A stretch of 64,000 bases of DNA, from assembly GCF_018350175.1 (NCBI RefSeq), contig NC_058368.1, positions 186,126,001 through 186,190,000 on the forward strand, read 5' to 3'. Source of the stretch: Felis catus (lineage: Eukaryota). Shown here piece after piece: positions 25,999 to 38,592 of the stretch. Position 1 is the stretch's first letter; every line of letters starts with the position of its first letter. Position numbers and translations under genes: made by a program. The notes beneath the pieces are model-generated. The model made no database searches. It was not told the origin of the DNA and saw only the letters and a program-made list of their open reading frames with translations.

Positions 25999-26819
25999 GT
26001 CATATCCTTGGGAAACCCTCCAACCCCGTCTGTCCTGGCTGGGTATGCTCCAGGTGAACTGTTTGGTGGGGCTTCTCTGAACTCTGTGAGGCCTCTGCAC
26101 CTGCTGTTGCCTCAGCTTGGAAGATCCTTCCTGGATCTTATTAGCTCATCACTTCTAAATCTTGGAAATCTTACCTGACCTCCCAAGTGTGAATCAGGTA
26201 AGAATCAGACCAAGTGGCTGCTTACTCCTCGGCAGGAGACCCAGGGTTTTGTACTTAACTTAATCACATTATGTATGCTATGGTATTGAAACTATTGGTT
26301 AAATTCCCACCTTCTTCCATAGATAATAAAGTGAGAACAGAAAATCGATTTCACTCATCCTTCTACACTTAGTGCCCAGTACAGCAAATGGAGCCTAATA
26401 GATGCTTCAAAAAGGGTATTGGATGATTGAATAATTAATATAATATGTATTATTAATATAATATATATTAATATAATTCCTGAAAAAATCTATGTGCTAG
26501 GCATTGTACTTAGTTTTTCTTTGCATCATCTCATTTGACTTTTCTAGACAACTGGTAGCTAAATAATATTATTCTCACTATAAATCACAAAAATAAGGCC
26601 TGGAGAGGATATGGAATTTACCCTTGTTCACACAAATAGTGCCAGAGGAAATTTGAATTTTGATCTTTCTAAAGTAGAATCTATACTCATAAGCACTGCA
26701 CTTTATTAGATCCCTTCATGAATGAAAATAAATCAAACATCAAGACACGTGATTTGAGAACATGGTCTTACAATACAAGCTTCCATTATTGTTCTCCCAT
26801 TTAAAAAGAAAATAGCTTA

Positions 26820-27044
26820 GGGGCTCCTGGGTGGCTTAGTCGGTTGGGCATCCGACTTCAGCTCAGGTCATGTTGTCAGGGTTCATGGTTCAAGCTCCGC
26901 ATTGGGCTCTGTGCTGACAGTTCAGAGCCTGGAACCTGCTTCCGATTCTGTGTCTCCCTCTCACTGGCCCTCCCCCCATCACGCTCTGTCTCACTCTCTC
27001 TCTCTCAAAACTAAAATAAATAAATAAATAAAATTTTAAAAACG
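26820..27044 (+). mobile_element. Can-SINE (felid type)
   Basis: ggggctcctgggtggcttagtcggtt head; TSD aaaaagaaaatagctta / aaaaagaaaaaggctta. Confidence 0.93.
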
Positions 27045-28520
27045 AAAAAGAAAAAGGCTTAAACAGCTCGTTTTCTCATTGCTCTTATGCCTCAGATGTT
27101 GCTGGATTGACACCTTTGTCTTGTATTACCCCTCTTGTGATGTCCCCTACCTCCAGTCTGTTTATTCAGACACTATCCATTTGGGGTGGTTGAAGTTACA
27201 TTCTTCCCTAATTTTCTGAACTCAAACTGATACACTCACCTCCGAACTCACAGTGCATTTTGTTGCTCCCATTCATTCATTATTTTTCATGTGGTTTTAG
27301 TGAAATTCTGCTGAAGCGAAGAGCACAGGCTTTGGAGTCAATCGGGGCTAAGTTTGTGGGTGATTCAACAGCACGGTAGTTTCACCTTTGGATAAATGCT
27401 GACTTTACACGTTGGATGCTTCCATTGAGGGTCACTTGGCCAGTAAGTCCCAGGGTCAGCAGAGCCTGAGGCTGCGAGTGCTGGGCAAGTCAAATGGAGG
27501 CTGGGTTGCCAGTGAAGAGAATAAGGAGAATAAGGAAGGGAAAACCTGCCATTCAATGGGAGTAAATAAGACTTAGAAATCGATCTAAAACAAAAGTTCC
27601 ACCACAGAGGTTGGAGAAGACTTTGGAGGGGTTGAGATATATACTGTAAGGCAAATATTCCCAGGGAGGTTATATTTTTGGTCCAGGAAATTGACCAAGC
27701 CCATGCAGGAGATATTCCTCTTGAGGGCAGAGAAAGGTTAAAATGACACATTCTATCAGTAGAAATCTTTGACCTTGTGGTTATCCCTGCCCTTTTCTGA
27801 CAAATAAGCTATTTTCATTGTTACAGTTTTTTTTTCCATAGGTTTGCATTTATTTTTTATTCTTATGGATAAAAAGGGAGGATATTTGACCTCTCCTTAA
27901 AAGCAGGTCCTCTTTGCTCCTGAGGATATTTGTATCAAATGAAGAAGAGCCAAATGGAACAGGTGGAAGGAAATATCCACTATTTCTCCTGCATTATATG
28001 AGGGTGTACTGATCTCCAGGCCACCTGCATCCTTCAGCAGTCCTGATGAAAGAATGAGCACAGGGCCTGGCAGTCTGTTGAAGGTTTGCTCCCTGGTGCT
28101 GTCTGGACTGCCGTGGGCTGCTACCAGCCTTATGGTCTCCAGACAATCTGTCATTTCTGCTTTGTCCCAATAACCTTTGGCAACAACAAAAGCAAACAGG
28201 TACCTGAAAGCCAGAGATGCCAATATAGAGAATTTGCCCTTTCTTTATTTTAAAAAATGTAGGTGTCATTGGCACTGTAAGAAGTCATTAGCTCTTGAGA
28301 AGGTTGTTTTAAACCTTGTTATAATTCTAGGCCAAAAAAAAAAAAAAAAACATGTGGTCATCATCTGTGTTATTCATTACACATTCTTTATATCAGATTC
28401 TGCAAATAGGAGGAAATATGTGAAGAGATAACAACTATGTATGTATATATGTGTGTATATCTTTAGATCCTTTCCTTTATTTATCTATCTATTGAGAGAG
28501 AGGTACAAACAGATACACAC

Positions 28521-28523
<3 letters not shown>

Positions 28524-28557
<34 letters not shown>
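28524..28557. repeat. (AC)17 microsatellite
   Basis: Perfect dinucleotide run. Confidence 0.95.
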
Positions 28558-28559
<2 letters not shown>

Positions 28560-28919
28560 TTTTTTTCCCAAATATAAGAAAGAGAGGGAGAGAGTGAAAT
28601 ACCCAGGTGTATGAAGAAAGTACTGCATCAGAGAGTCTGACAGCTCACTTTCCACTGAGATTTCACAATATTATAGACTAGGAGTCTCCAAATGCCTACA
28701 ACATTGAGAATAATATCAATGAGCGAAGTCAGGTGTGCATGCTGGTTAGACACAGTATAGTAGAGGGTGGTGAGATTATAAAGAACTGGAAGGTCCATGC
28801 CCAATCTGGAAGGGGCACAGACACCTTTAGTTCATTGCTTCCTTTTAGGATGCAGGTCTACTATTGGCAGATTTTAATATCTCCTTAAAACTGGAAAAAT
28901 GTATATACAAAAAAATTTT

Positions 28920-29121
28920 TAAATTATTTTATATTTTATATTTGTTTATTTTTGAGAGAGAGAGCACAAGTGGGAGAAGGGGAAAGAGAGGGGGGCAGAG
29001 TATCCAAAGCAGGCTCTGCACTGACAGCAGTGAGTCCAACGTGAGGCTCGAACTCACAAACCATGAGATCATGACCTGAGCCAAAGTTGGATACTTAACA
29101 AACTGAGCCACCCAGGCACCC
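28920..29121 (-). mobile_element. Can-SINE
   Basis: Reverse SINE body ending ctgagccacccaggcaccc. Confidence 0.92.
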
Positions 29122-29539
29122 TCTAATTTTTTAAATTCTTAAAAATAATTGTAGATGTCTAATTCTCCCATCCAAACCTCAGCTTCATCTGCTCATTATT
29201 CAACTGGCCCTTTCTCATTTACTAGTAGCAGGCTTTCTTTACATGTCTAACTTTACAACAAATTCCAACCTGTACCTACTATTTTTCATATTTCCTTTCT
29301 TACCTGATCAATAAAAACATAAATAAAATGCACATATTAATACATACCCAAGCAGAAGACATACTCTTTAAATCTGTAAACAATATAAAGGCCTAATAAT
29401 TTCATTGCTCGGTTTTCTAAACTTCTCATCTGGGGAAACATGGTTTCTTTTCTTTCTTTCCTTTTTTATCTTTTTTCCCCTAAAATCTATGTGGTGTGTG
29501 ATAATCATTTTTTTTTCCTGAAGCAATTCTTATCTATTT

Positions 29540-29712
29540 TCTTTTTTTTTAAATTTTTTAATGTGCATTTGTTTTTCAAAGAAAGGGAATGCATATGCAA
29601 GCAGGGGAAGGGCAGACAAAGGGAGACAGAGGATCCAAAGTGGGCTCCACACTGTTAATGCAGAGTCCGATGCACGGCTCCAGCTCATGGAACCACGAGA
29701 TTTTGACCTGAT
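29540..29712 (-). mobile_element. 5'-truncated Can-SINE
   Basis: Tail and body present; stops after gagattttgacctga, no head. Confidence 0.8.
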
Positions 29713-31377
29713 CTCTACATCAACTCTATATGCTATCTCTATCTAATCAACTCTGTGTGCTTTTTCTCTGGCAGTCTTAAGAAAAAGATGTGGAGGTATA
29801 ATATTGTTAGAGTTGAAAGCACATGAATTTTTAATTCAGACAAAGCAGACTGACCACTATCATTTGAATAACTACAATAGCTTCTCATAAACTTAAAATT
29901 AATTCCAGCCTCTTATTAATGGTCTACAATACCCTCCAAGGTATGGTCCCTGCATACCTGTCCAACATCTCCTACAACTCTTACCCATAACACTTCAGCA
30001 TGTATACTTTATTTATCCTCTAGAATTTTTACCAGTGTGTCCCAGCCATACAGCTTTCTGTTTGGCTTGGGTAGATGATTAGTTTCTGGCTTCTTGTCAC
30101 TTATGTCTCAGAACATATGTTGACCTCTCACAGAGATCAACCAAGGTGTTATCTCTGTAGGTTTATGTTCTTCATTGTATTTATTATCTTAATGATTTCA
30201 CTTTATCAAGGTATGATTGACATACAAAATGCTGTGCATGTTTAATGTATACAACTTGATGAGTTTGGAGTTAAGTATATACCTGTTAAATCATCTCCAC
30301 ACTCAATGCCATAAATGATTTCATTATTTTGTGTGTAAATCTCCAGTTAGGGTTTTTTGTTTGCTTGTTTTGTTTTGTTTTGTTTTGTTTGTAAAAGAGG
30401 AAGTTTGGTTTTGGTTACATAAAACTTAACTATTTGCAAGGCTGTTTCAGAAGCTTACCTAGACCATCCCCTTTTCTAAAAGAAAATAAATTATTTTTTT
30501 GATCCATCCTGCCGTCTGCTCTAGTAGACTGACTTTTCACAAGTAAAATGGCATAGTAGTTTTTACTAATGAATGTAGTATTTATGTTCTTACAAGTATA
30601 GTCTGAGTAATTATTTTCATGTTAAGGATATTGCTAGCATTGTAACTTACTTTTGACAGAATGTATAAAAGAATCATAAACCTCTATATGACTTGACAAG
30701 GATGTGTAGTTCAAATAAATACTCCCATAATAGCCTGGTAGGCATTAGGAGATAAGACCTGTGTTGACTAGAAACCCTTCTATGTGCTTTCAATGGGTCA
30801 GTAAGCGAATTAGCAATACCCTAATGCCATCTATTAGAAAATACTGCTTATTAAGACATCATATTATTTTCTAACCCATCAAAATAATTTCCAGATATCC
30901 ATGATTACTAAATATAATTTGGGCCACTATTCACATGTGAATTTTGTTGTAATTAAATGAAATTTGTTGACACTTCTCTAACTTATTCTCCCTAAACCAA
31001 TGCCTGCAATAAACTTTCAGTTGTCTAAGTAACATTGATACTGCAATTGTTTAGATAGGAACATGAAAATAGGGCATCTTGGAAATAGTATTGGCTAGGG
31101 AGTTGAACTAACATTTCTGATACCATGCCTGCTATAAACTGTGCAAATTGGGTAGTTCATGTCTCTATGTTTTAGTGACTTTGTCTATGAAATAAGGCTA
31201 TTGGCCAGGATGTAGCTTTCAAGTTTCACATACTAAATTTTCATTCTTAAAGTAAGTGGATCTAATTTCTGGTATTTCAGTGTTTACAAATAACCCATTC
31301 AAGTTTATTTATGATCTTTTGGGGCTTTTTTCTTCATTTTTTTCTTACAACTTAATGGTACTTCTGTATATTGGAAA

Positions 31378-31497
31378 TTTTAAAATGTTTATTTATTTTT
31401 GAGAGAGAACAAGCAGGGGAGGGGTAGAGAGAGGGGACAGAGGATCCTACGTGGGCTCTGCACTGACAGGCTGACAGCAGCAAGCCTGATGTGGGGG
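31378..31497 (-). mobile_element. Can-SINE 3' half
   Basis: tgtttatttatttttgagagag...gggctctgcactgacaggctgacagcag; head absent. Confidence 0.8.
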
Positions 31498-31691
31498 TAA
31501 ATAATACTTGCTTGTGTGCTTTTGGATATATGAGAAATAATTATTTGACTTCAAATGGTGGCATATGGAAGAGCTACTATACACCATTAAATAGATCATT
31601 AAACCCTTGTATATTACTGTGATAAAATCTTAGAAATATGCTATGAGTCATAGTCAACAGTAGTCAAATGTCAAGACTCCATCCTGCAGCT

Positions 31692-31890
31692 CATAGGTAG
31701 CTCAGTTGGCTGAGCATCTGACTCTTAATTTAGACTCAGGTCATGGTCTCATGGTTTTGTGAGTTCAAGCCCCATGTCAGGCTCTACCCTGTCTGCAAGA
31801 TGTTTCCTTAAGATTCTCCCTTTCTCTCTCTGTCTTCTCCCCACCTCCCACCATGCTCTCTCTCAAAATAAATGAACTTAAAAAAAAAAG
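31692..31890 (+). mobile_element. Can-SINE (older)
   Basis: ggtagctcagttggctgagcatctgact...ctcaggtcatggtctc; CT tract and A tail. Confidence 0.88.
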
Positions 31891-32058
31891 ATTCATTCCT
31901 TTGTATCATAGATAACTGGGAAAATTTCTTATATTGGAAGCATTGACTCTTGCTTGATATAAGGAAGGTCTCTGTCTGTTCACTATTTAGGTCACCAACA
32001 CATGAAAAGGAGCTTAATGACAAATCTGTTTTTAAAAATGTTGCTTAGTGGGAGGAGC

Positions 32059-32069
32059 CAAGATGGCGG
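32059..32069 (+). promoter_or_regulatory. YY1 site of the L1 5' UTR internal promoter
   Basis: CAAGATGGCGG about 12 nt inside the L1 5' end, the canonical position. Confidence 0.7.
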
Positions 32070-33651
32070 AACAGCATGGAAGTGTTCTTAGTGTCTCGTG
32101 TCTGTTAGATACAGCCAGCTCAACACTAAACCATCCTGCACACCTAGAAAACTGATTTTAGGATTAACACAACATTCTACACAACCTGAACCACAGAACT
32201 CAGCAGTTATCTGGTGTGGAGAGGTGAACTGAGGGAAAGAAAAGCTGTGGAGGGCAGGGAGCTGTTTTTCCTTGTGGAAAGAGGATGAAGATAGGAGGAG
32301 AGTATGGGGAAAGCACCCCCACCAAAAGCAGCTGGAGAGAAAGTGGGAAAGTGGAAACAGCCACAGGGGCTGAACTAAAAAGGAAGAAAGGAGAAAGGAG
32401 AGGGTTTAAATTCCATTAAGACTCTATAAACAGGGGGAGCACAGAGTCTGAAACTCCGCAGCTCAATACCTGGCGGTGCTCTGGTGGGAAGGGAGAATCC
32501 CCAGGAGCAGAGTGGGGACCAGAAGGTCCTTGGCCACATGGGCAGAAGTGGTTTCACTGCGGGAAGGACATTTGGTAGAGGCTGTGCAGCCACCAGGTCC
32601 CAGCAGACCCCAGAAAACAACCATATTCGCTGGTGCTGGAACAAGGTTGTTAAGGGTGAAGCCTAGTGCCAGATGTGTGTTGTGATTTTCCATAATCCCT
32701 GAAACACTGCTGCTACACAATCACATGAACCTTTTCTGGGTTGGGCTGGCACCCAGCCGCAGCCTCTAGGCATTGGCAGCAGCAGCATTGTCTGGCAAAT
32801 GTTCCTGGGTGTGGCCGGCAATTGCTTGGTGAGATCCTCCCCCAGATGATTTGAGCAGGTCAAAGCCACAGTCCCTCAGAAGTGAGGGATCTGGAAACAC
32901 AGCCACATCTAAGAAAAAACTCAGGAAGGAGGTGTTTCCTGGAAACCTGATGCCTTGGTCACAGACGGTGTCAAATCCCCAGAGACAAAGGTTGGGTGCA
33001 CCGTTCTTGGTCACAGAGAGCACAGAGTTCCAATACTAGAGACTGGGCAGCTGGGTGATGCCATTTTCACCTCTCCCACACATGCACATACACATCTACA
33101 AGTGCCACAAAAATCCACCCCAGTAGGCCAAGCAGTGCCATCTAGTGGAGAACGGAGCTGTTACACTATGCCCCACCCAACTGGGCCAACTTTGTTCTTC
33201 AGGAACACCGCAAATCTCCCTGCCTGCTTAGTTTATGGACTATAAAGTGGTTCATAGTTTGACTTCTAGGGGAAAACAATGCAATTGCAGTCATATTTCA
33301 GTCTGTTCACTAGTCCATCTATTCAATTTTCTTTTTTTTCTCTTTCATTTCTTGTCTTTTTCTTGAATACAGAAAGTGAAAAAAATTTATTTTTATTTTC
33401 CATTTTTATTAAAAATATTTTTCTTTATTTTTCTACTATATTTTTTACTTTTTTGTACATTTTTCCAATACTATTTTACTTCCATCATTTATTTTTTCTA
33501 TTTCATTGTATTTAATTTCTCAAATTTTCAAATGTTTCCCTCTTGTTTTTCTTGTTTTTCCTTTTTTCCCCTCTTTTTTAATCTAATCTATCAAGCTCAT
33601 TTCAATAACCAGACCAAAACACACCTAGGATCTAGCATCATTTGCTTGATT

Positions 33652-33685
<34 letters not shown>

Positions 33686-33749
33686 TGTGTTGTTTTTAAT
33701 TTTTTAATTTTAACTTTTTTACCTCATTAATTCCTTTTCTTCTTTTGAA

Positions 33750-34629
33750 ATGATGAAACAAAGGAATTCACCCCAAAAGAAAGAGCAGGAAAAAATGACA
33801 GCCAGGGACTTAATCAACACAGATACAAGCAAGATGTCTGAACCAGAATTTAGAATCACAATAATAAGAACACTAGTTGGGGTCAAAAATAGATTAGAAT
33901 CCCTCTCTGCAGAGATAAAAGAAGTAAAAGCTAGTCAGGATGAAATTAAAAATGCTATAACTGAGCAGCAATCTCAAAAGGATGCCATGGTGACAAGGAT
34001 GGATGAGGCAGAGCAGCAAATCAATGGAGAGGACAAACTTATGGAGAATAATGAAGCGAGAAAAAAAGAGGGAGACTAAGGCAAAAGAGTACAACTTCAG
34101 AATTAGAGAAATCAGTGACTCATTAAAAAAGAACAACATCAGTATCATAGGGGTCCCAGAAGATGAAGAGAGAGAAAAAGGGGTAAAAGTGTTATGTGAG
34201 CAAATCATAGCAGAAAACTTTCTTAACCTGGGGAAAGACACAGACATCAAAATCCAGGAAGGACAGAGGATTCCCATAAGGTTCAATAAAAACCAACCAT
34301 CAACAAGGCATATCATAGTTAAATGCACAAAACACTCAGGCAAGGAAAGAATCATGAAACCAGCAAGGGAAAAAAAGTCCTTAACCTACAAGGGAAGACA
34401 GATCATGTTTGCAGCAGACCTATCCACAGAAACTTGGCAGGGCAGAAAGGAGTGGCAGGATATATTCAATGTGCTGAATCAAAAAAATATGCAGCCAAGA
34501 ATTCTTTATCCAGCAAGGCTGTCATTCAAAATAGAAGGAGAGATTGAAAGTTTCCCAGACAAACAAAAATTAAAGGAGTTCATGACCACTAAACCAGCCC
34601 TGCAAGAAATTTTAAGGGGGACTCTCTGA
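33750..34629 (+). pseudogene. L1 ORF1p remnant, frameshifted
   Basis: MMKQRNSPQKKEQE... coiled coil in one frame; NISIIGVPE and YPARLSF...FMTTKPALQEILRG in another; frame change near 34020-34075. Confidence 0.92.
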
Positions 34630-34731
34630 GGGAAGAAAAGATGAAAGAAAAAAAAAAAAAGACCAAAGGCAACAAAGACTAGAAAGAACCAGAGAATACC
34701 ACCAGAAACTCCCAACTCTACAAGAAACATA

Positions 34732-37402
34732 ATGGTAATAAACTCATATCTTTCAGTACTCACTCTAAACTTCAATGGACTAAATGCTCCAATCAAACAA
34801 CATAGGATAACAGAACGGATAAGAAAGCGAGATTCATCTACATGCTGGAGCCCACTTTAGACCTAAAGACACCTTCGGATTGAAAGTAAGAGGATGGAGT
34901 ACCATCTATGATGCTAATGGTCGACAAAAGAAAGCCAGAGAAGCCATACTTACATCAGACAATCTAGACTTTAAAATAAAGACTGTAACCAAGAGATGAA
35001 GTAGGGCATTATATTATAATCAAGGGGTCTATCCACCAAGAAGACCTAACAATTGTAAACATTTATGCTGTAAATGTGAAAGCACCCAAATATATAAATC
35101 AATTAATCACAAACATAAAGAGACACATTGATAATAATACCATATAGTAGGGGACTTCAACACCCCACTTACAACAATGGACAGATCATCTAAACAGAAA
35201 ATCGATAGGGAAACAATGGCTTTGAATGACACTGGACCAGATGGACTTAACAGATATATTCAGAACATTTCATCCTAAAGCAGCAGAATATACATTCTTC
35301 TCCAGTGGGACACAAATCAGCCCTCAACAAGTATAAAAAGATTGAGATCATACCGTGCATATTTTCAGAACAGAATGCTATGAAACTCAAAATCAACCAC
35401 AAGAAAAATTTTGGAAAGGTAACAAATACTTGGAGACCAAAGAACATCCTACTAAAGAATGAATGGTCTAACCAAGAAGTTAAAGAGGAAATTAAAAACT
35501 ACATGGAAGCCAACGAAAATGATAACACCATGGCCCATAACCTCTGGGACAGAGCAAAGGTGGTCATAAGAGGGAAGTATATAGCAATCAAGGCCTTTCT
35601 ATAGAAGGAAGAAAGGTCTCAGATATACAACCTAACCTTACACCTTTAAGATCTGGGAAAAGAGCAGCAAATAAAACCTAAAACCAGCAGAAGACAGGAA
35701 ATAATAAAGATTAGAGCAGAAAGCAATGCTATCAAAACCAAAACAAAACAAAACAAAACAGAACAGATCAATGAAAGTTCTTTGAAAGAATTAACAAAAT
35801 TGATAAACCTTTAGCAAGTCTGATCAAAAAGAAAAAGGAAAGGACACAAATAAATAAAATCAAGAAAGAGGAGAGATCACAAACAACACAGCAGAAATAC
35901 AAACAATAATAAGAGAATATTATGAGCAATTATATGCCAATTGCAATCTGGAAGAAATGGACAAATTCCTAGAAACATATAAACTACCAAAACTGAAACA
36001 GGAAGAAACAGAAAATTTGAACACACCCATAACCAGTAAAGAAATCAAAGGAATTGAAAATCTCTCAAAAAACAAGAGTCCAGGGCCAGATGGCTTTCCA
36101 GGGGAATTCTACCAAACATTTAAGGAAGAATTAACACCTATTCTCTTGAAGCTGTTCCAAAAAATAGAAATGGAAGGAAAACTTCCAAACTCTATGAAGC
36201 CAGCATTACCTTGATTCCAAACCAGACAAAGACCCCACTGAAAAGAACTATAGACCAAATTCCCTGATGAACATGGAAGCAAAAATCCTCAACAAGATGT
36301 TAGCCAAACAGATGCAATAATACATTAAAACAATTATTCACCACGACCAAGTGGGATTTATATCTGGTATGCAGGCCTGGTTCAATACCCACAAATAATT
36401 AATGTGATTCATCACATCAATAAAAGAAAAGACAAGAACCAGATGATCCTCTCAACAGATGCAGAGAAAGCATTTGACAAAATATAGCATCCTCTCTTGG
36501 TAAAAACCCTCAATCAAGAAAGTAGGAATAGGGGCGCCTGGGTGGCTCAGTTGGTTAAGCATCCGACTTCGGCTCAGGTCTTGATCTCACGGTCCATGAG
36601 TTTGAGCCCCACGTCGGGCTCTGTGCTGACAGCTCAGAACCTGGAGTCTGTTTCAGATTCTGTGTCTCCCTCTTTCTCTCTCCTCCCCCACCCCCTGCTC
36701 TGTCTCTCTCTTCTTAAAAATAAATAAATGTTTTAAAATTTTTAAAAAAAGAAAGTAGGAATAGAAGGATCATACCTCGATATCATAAAAGCCATATATG
36801 AAAGAACCAATGATATTATCTTCCTTAAGAGAGAAAAACTGAGAGCTTTCCCCCTAAAGTCACAAACATGACAGAGATGTCCATTCCTGCCACTGTTATT
36901 CAACACAGTATTAGAAGTCCTAGCCTCAGCAATCAGACAACACAAAGAAATAAAATGCATCCAAATCAGCAAGAAGGAAGAAAGAGGATCTCTTTTGCAC
37001 TGCTAGTAAAAATGCAAGCTGCTGCAGACACTCTGGGAAACAGTATGGAAGTTCCTCAAAAAATTAAAAATAGATCTATCCTACAATCCAGCAATTGCAC
37101 TACTAGGTATTTATCCAAGGGATACAGGTATGCTGTTTCAAAGGGGCACATGCACCCCAATGTTTATAGCAGCACTATCAACAATAGCCAAAGAATGGAA
37201 AGAGCCCAAATGTCCATCAATGGATGAATAGATAAAGAAGATGTGATATATATATATATATATACAATGGAGTATTACCTGGCAATCCAAAAAGGATGAA
37301 ATCTTGCCATTTGCAACTATGTGGATGGAACTAGAGGGTTAATTATGCTAAGCAAATTTAGTCAGTCAAAGAAAGATAAATATCATGACTTCACTCATAT
37401 GA
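34732..37402 (+). pseudogene. L1 ORF2p remnant (endonuclease / partial reverse transcriptase), many lesions
   Basis: Starts MVINSYLSVLTLNFNGLNAPIK; GDFNTPL motif near 35151; [29 protein letters not shown]; frameshifts, stops, a SINE insertion and deletions. Confidence 0.92.
36531..36748 (+). mobile_element. Felid Can-SINE nested in L1 ORF2
   Basis: Perfect TSD AAGAAAGTAGGAATA(G) at 36516-36530 and 36749-36763. Confidence 0.96.
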
Positions 37403-37661
37403 GGACTTTAAGATACAAAACAGTTGAACATAAGGGAAGGGAAGCAAAAATAATATAAAAACAGGGAGGGGTACAAAAACATAAGGGACTCTTAAATATG
37501 GAGAACAAACAGAGGGTCACAGGAGGAGTTGTGGAAGGGGGGATGGGCTAAATGGGTAAGGGGCATTAAGGAATCTACTCCTGAAATCATTTTTGCACTA
37601 TATGCTAACTAACTTGAATGTAAAATAAAAAAAAAATTAAATATTTAAAAAGATGTTGCTT

Positions 37662-37862
37662 TGGGTCTCCTGGGTGGCTCAATAGGTTAAGCATCTGACT
37701 GACTCAGGTCATGATCTCCCAGTTTGTGAGTTTGAGACCGACATCAGGCTCTGTACTGACAGCTCAAGCCTGGATCCTGCTTCAGATTCTGTATCTCCCT
37801 CTCTCTCTCTGTCCCTCCCTGCTCGTTCTCTATCTCTCTCAAAAATAAACAGTAAAAAAATT
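37662..37862 (+). mobile_element. Can-SINE starting directly after the L1 3' TSD
   Basis: tgggtctcctgggtggctcaataggttaagcatctgact head; CT tract; aaaaataaac tail. Confidence 0.92.
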
Positions 37863-37879
37863 AAGACTATAAATAATTG

Positions 37880-38034
37880 AATCTAGGACCAGATAATCCA
37901 GAATGACCTCATCTTGAGATCCTTAACTTAATTACATTTGCAAAGATCCTTTTCCCAAATAAGGTCATACTCACAGGTTCCAGGGATTAGGACGTAGCTA
38001 TATCTTTTTTGAGGTCATCATTCAACTCATTACA
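37880..38034 (-). mobile_element. MLT1 (C/D-like) LTR fragment
   Basis: ccttaacttaattacatttgcaaagatccttttcccaaataaggtcatactcacaggttccagggattaggac...attcaactcattaca. Confidence 0.8.
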
Positions 38035-38388
38035 GTTCCCCTCATATATGTTTATATAAAATCCTCTTTATTCTATTACTGTGCATGCCATGCACTTCTG
38101 TTAAAGCAGAAGTGTTCTGGGGGAACACTTGTGACCCAGTGTGTAGAGAGAGCAGTTCCTGTCACATAACAACTCCTGACACGTATCTGCTTAATGATGA
38201 GTTTCTCTGAATACCCATAGCATTCAAAATCTTGACTGGACTAAACATTCTTTTGGTATGATTTCGGTTAAATATCTCTCTTCTCTTAAAGTATAATAGG
38301 TAAAGATTAAGACAGTAGTGCAGTGGAAAGTCCAACACAGAAGAACAAGTTTATATTTTTGTTTTCTTATTAGAATTCAAGAAATGTA

Positions 38389-38592
38389 GGGGCACTTTGG
38401 TGGTTCAGTTGGTTGAGCATCCAACTTCGGCTCAGGTCATGATCTCACAGTTCATGGGTTCGAGCCCCACATTGGGCTCTGTGCTGACAGCTCAGAATCT
38501 GGAGCCTACTTCAGATTCTGTGTCTCCCTCTCTCTCTGACCTTTACCCATTCAAACTCTCTCTCTCTCTCTCTGTCTCTCAAAGATGAATAT
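38389..38592 (+). mobile_element. Can-SINE (felid type)
   Basis: ggggcactttggtggttcagttggttgagcatccaacttcggctcaggtcatg; CT tract. Confidence 0.92.

Larger units (their letters stand above)
32047..37648 (+). mobile_element. Carnivore LINE-1, 5'-intact, internally deleted, inactive
   Basis: 5' end GGGAGGAGCCAAGATGGCGG; ~1.7 kb 5' UTR; ORF1 and ORF2 remnants; A-rich tail ~37622-37648; TSD AAAAATGTTGCTT (32034-32046) / AAAGATGTTGCTT (37649-37661). Confidence 0.95.

Noticed and set aside
32375..33023. Antisense ORFs in the L1 5' UTR (ORF0-like?)
   Set aside because: Several short overlapping ORFs are expected in GC-richer sequence; ORF0 is described for primate L1 and I see no similarity
33894..34796. 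153-aa and 96-aa minus-strand ORFs
   Set aside because: Antisense of A-rich L1 ORF1/ORF2; compositional artefacts
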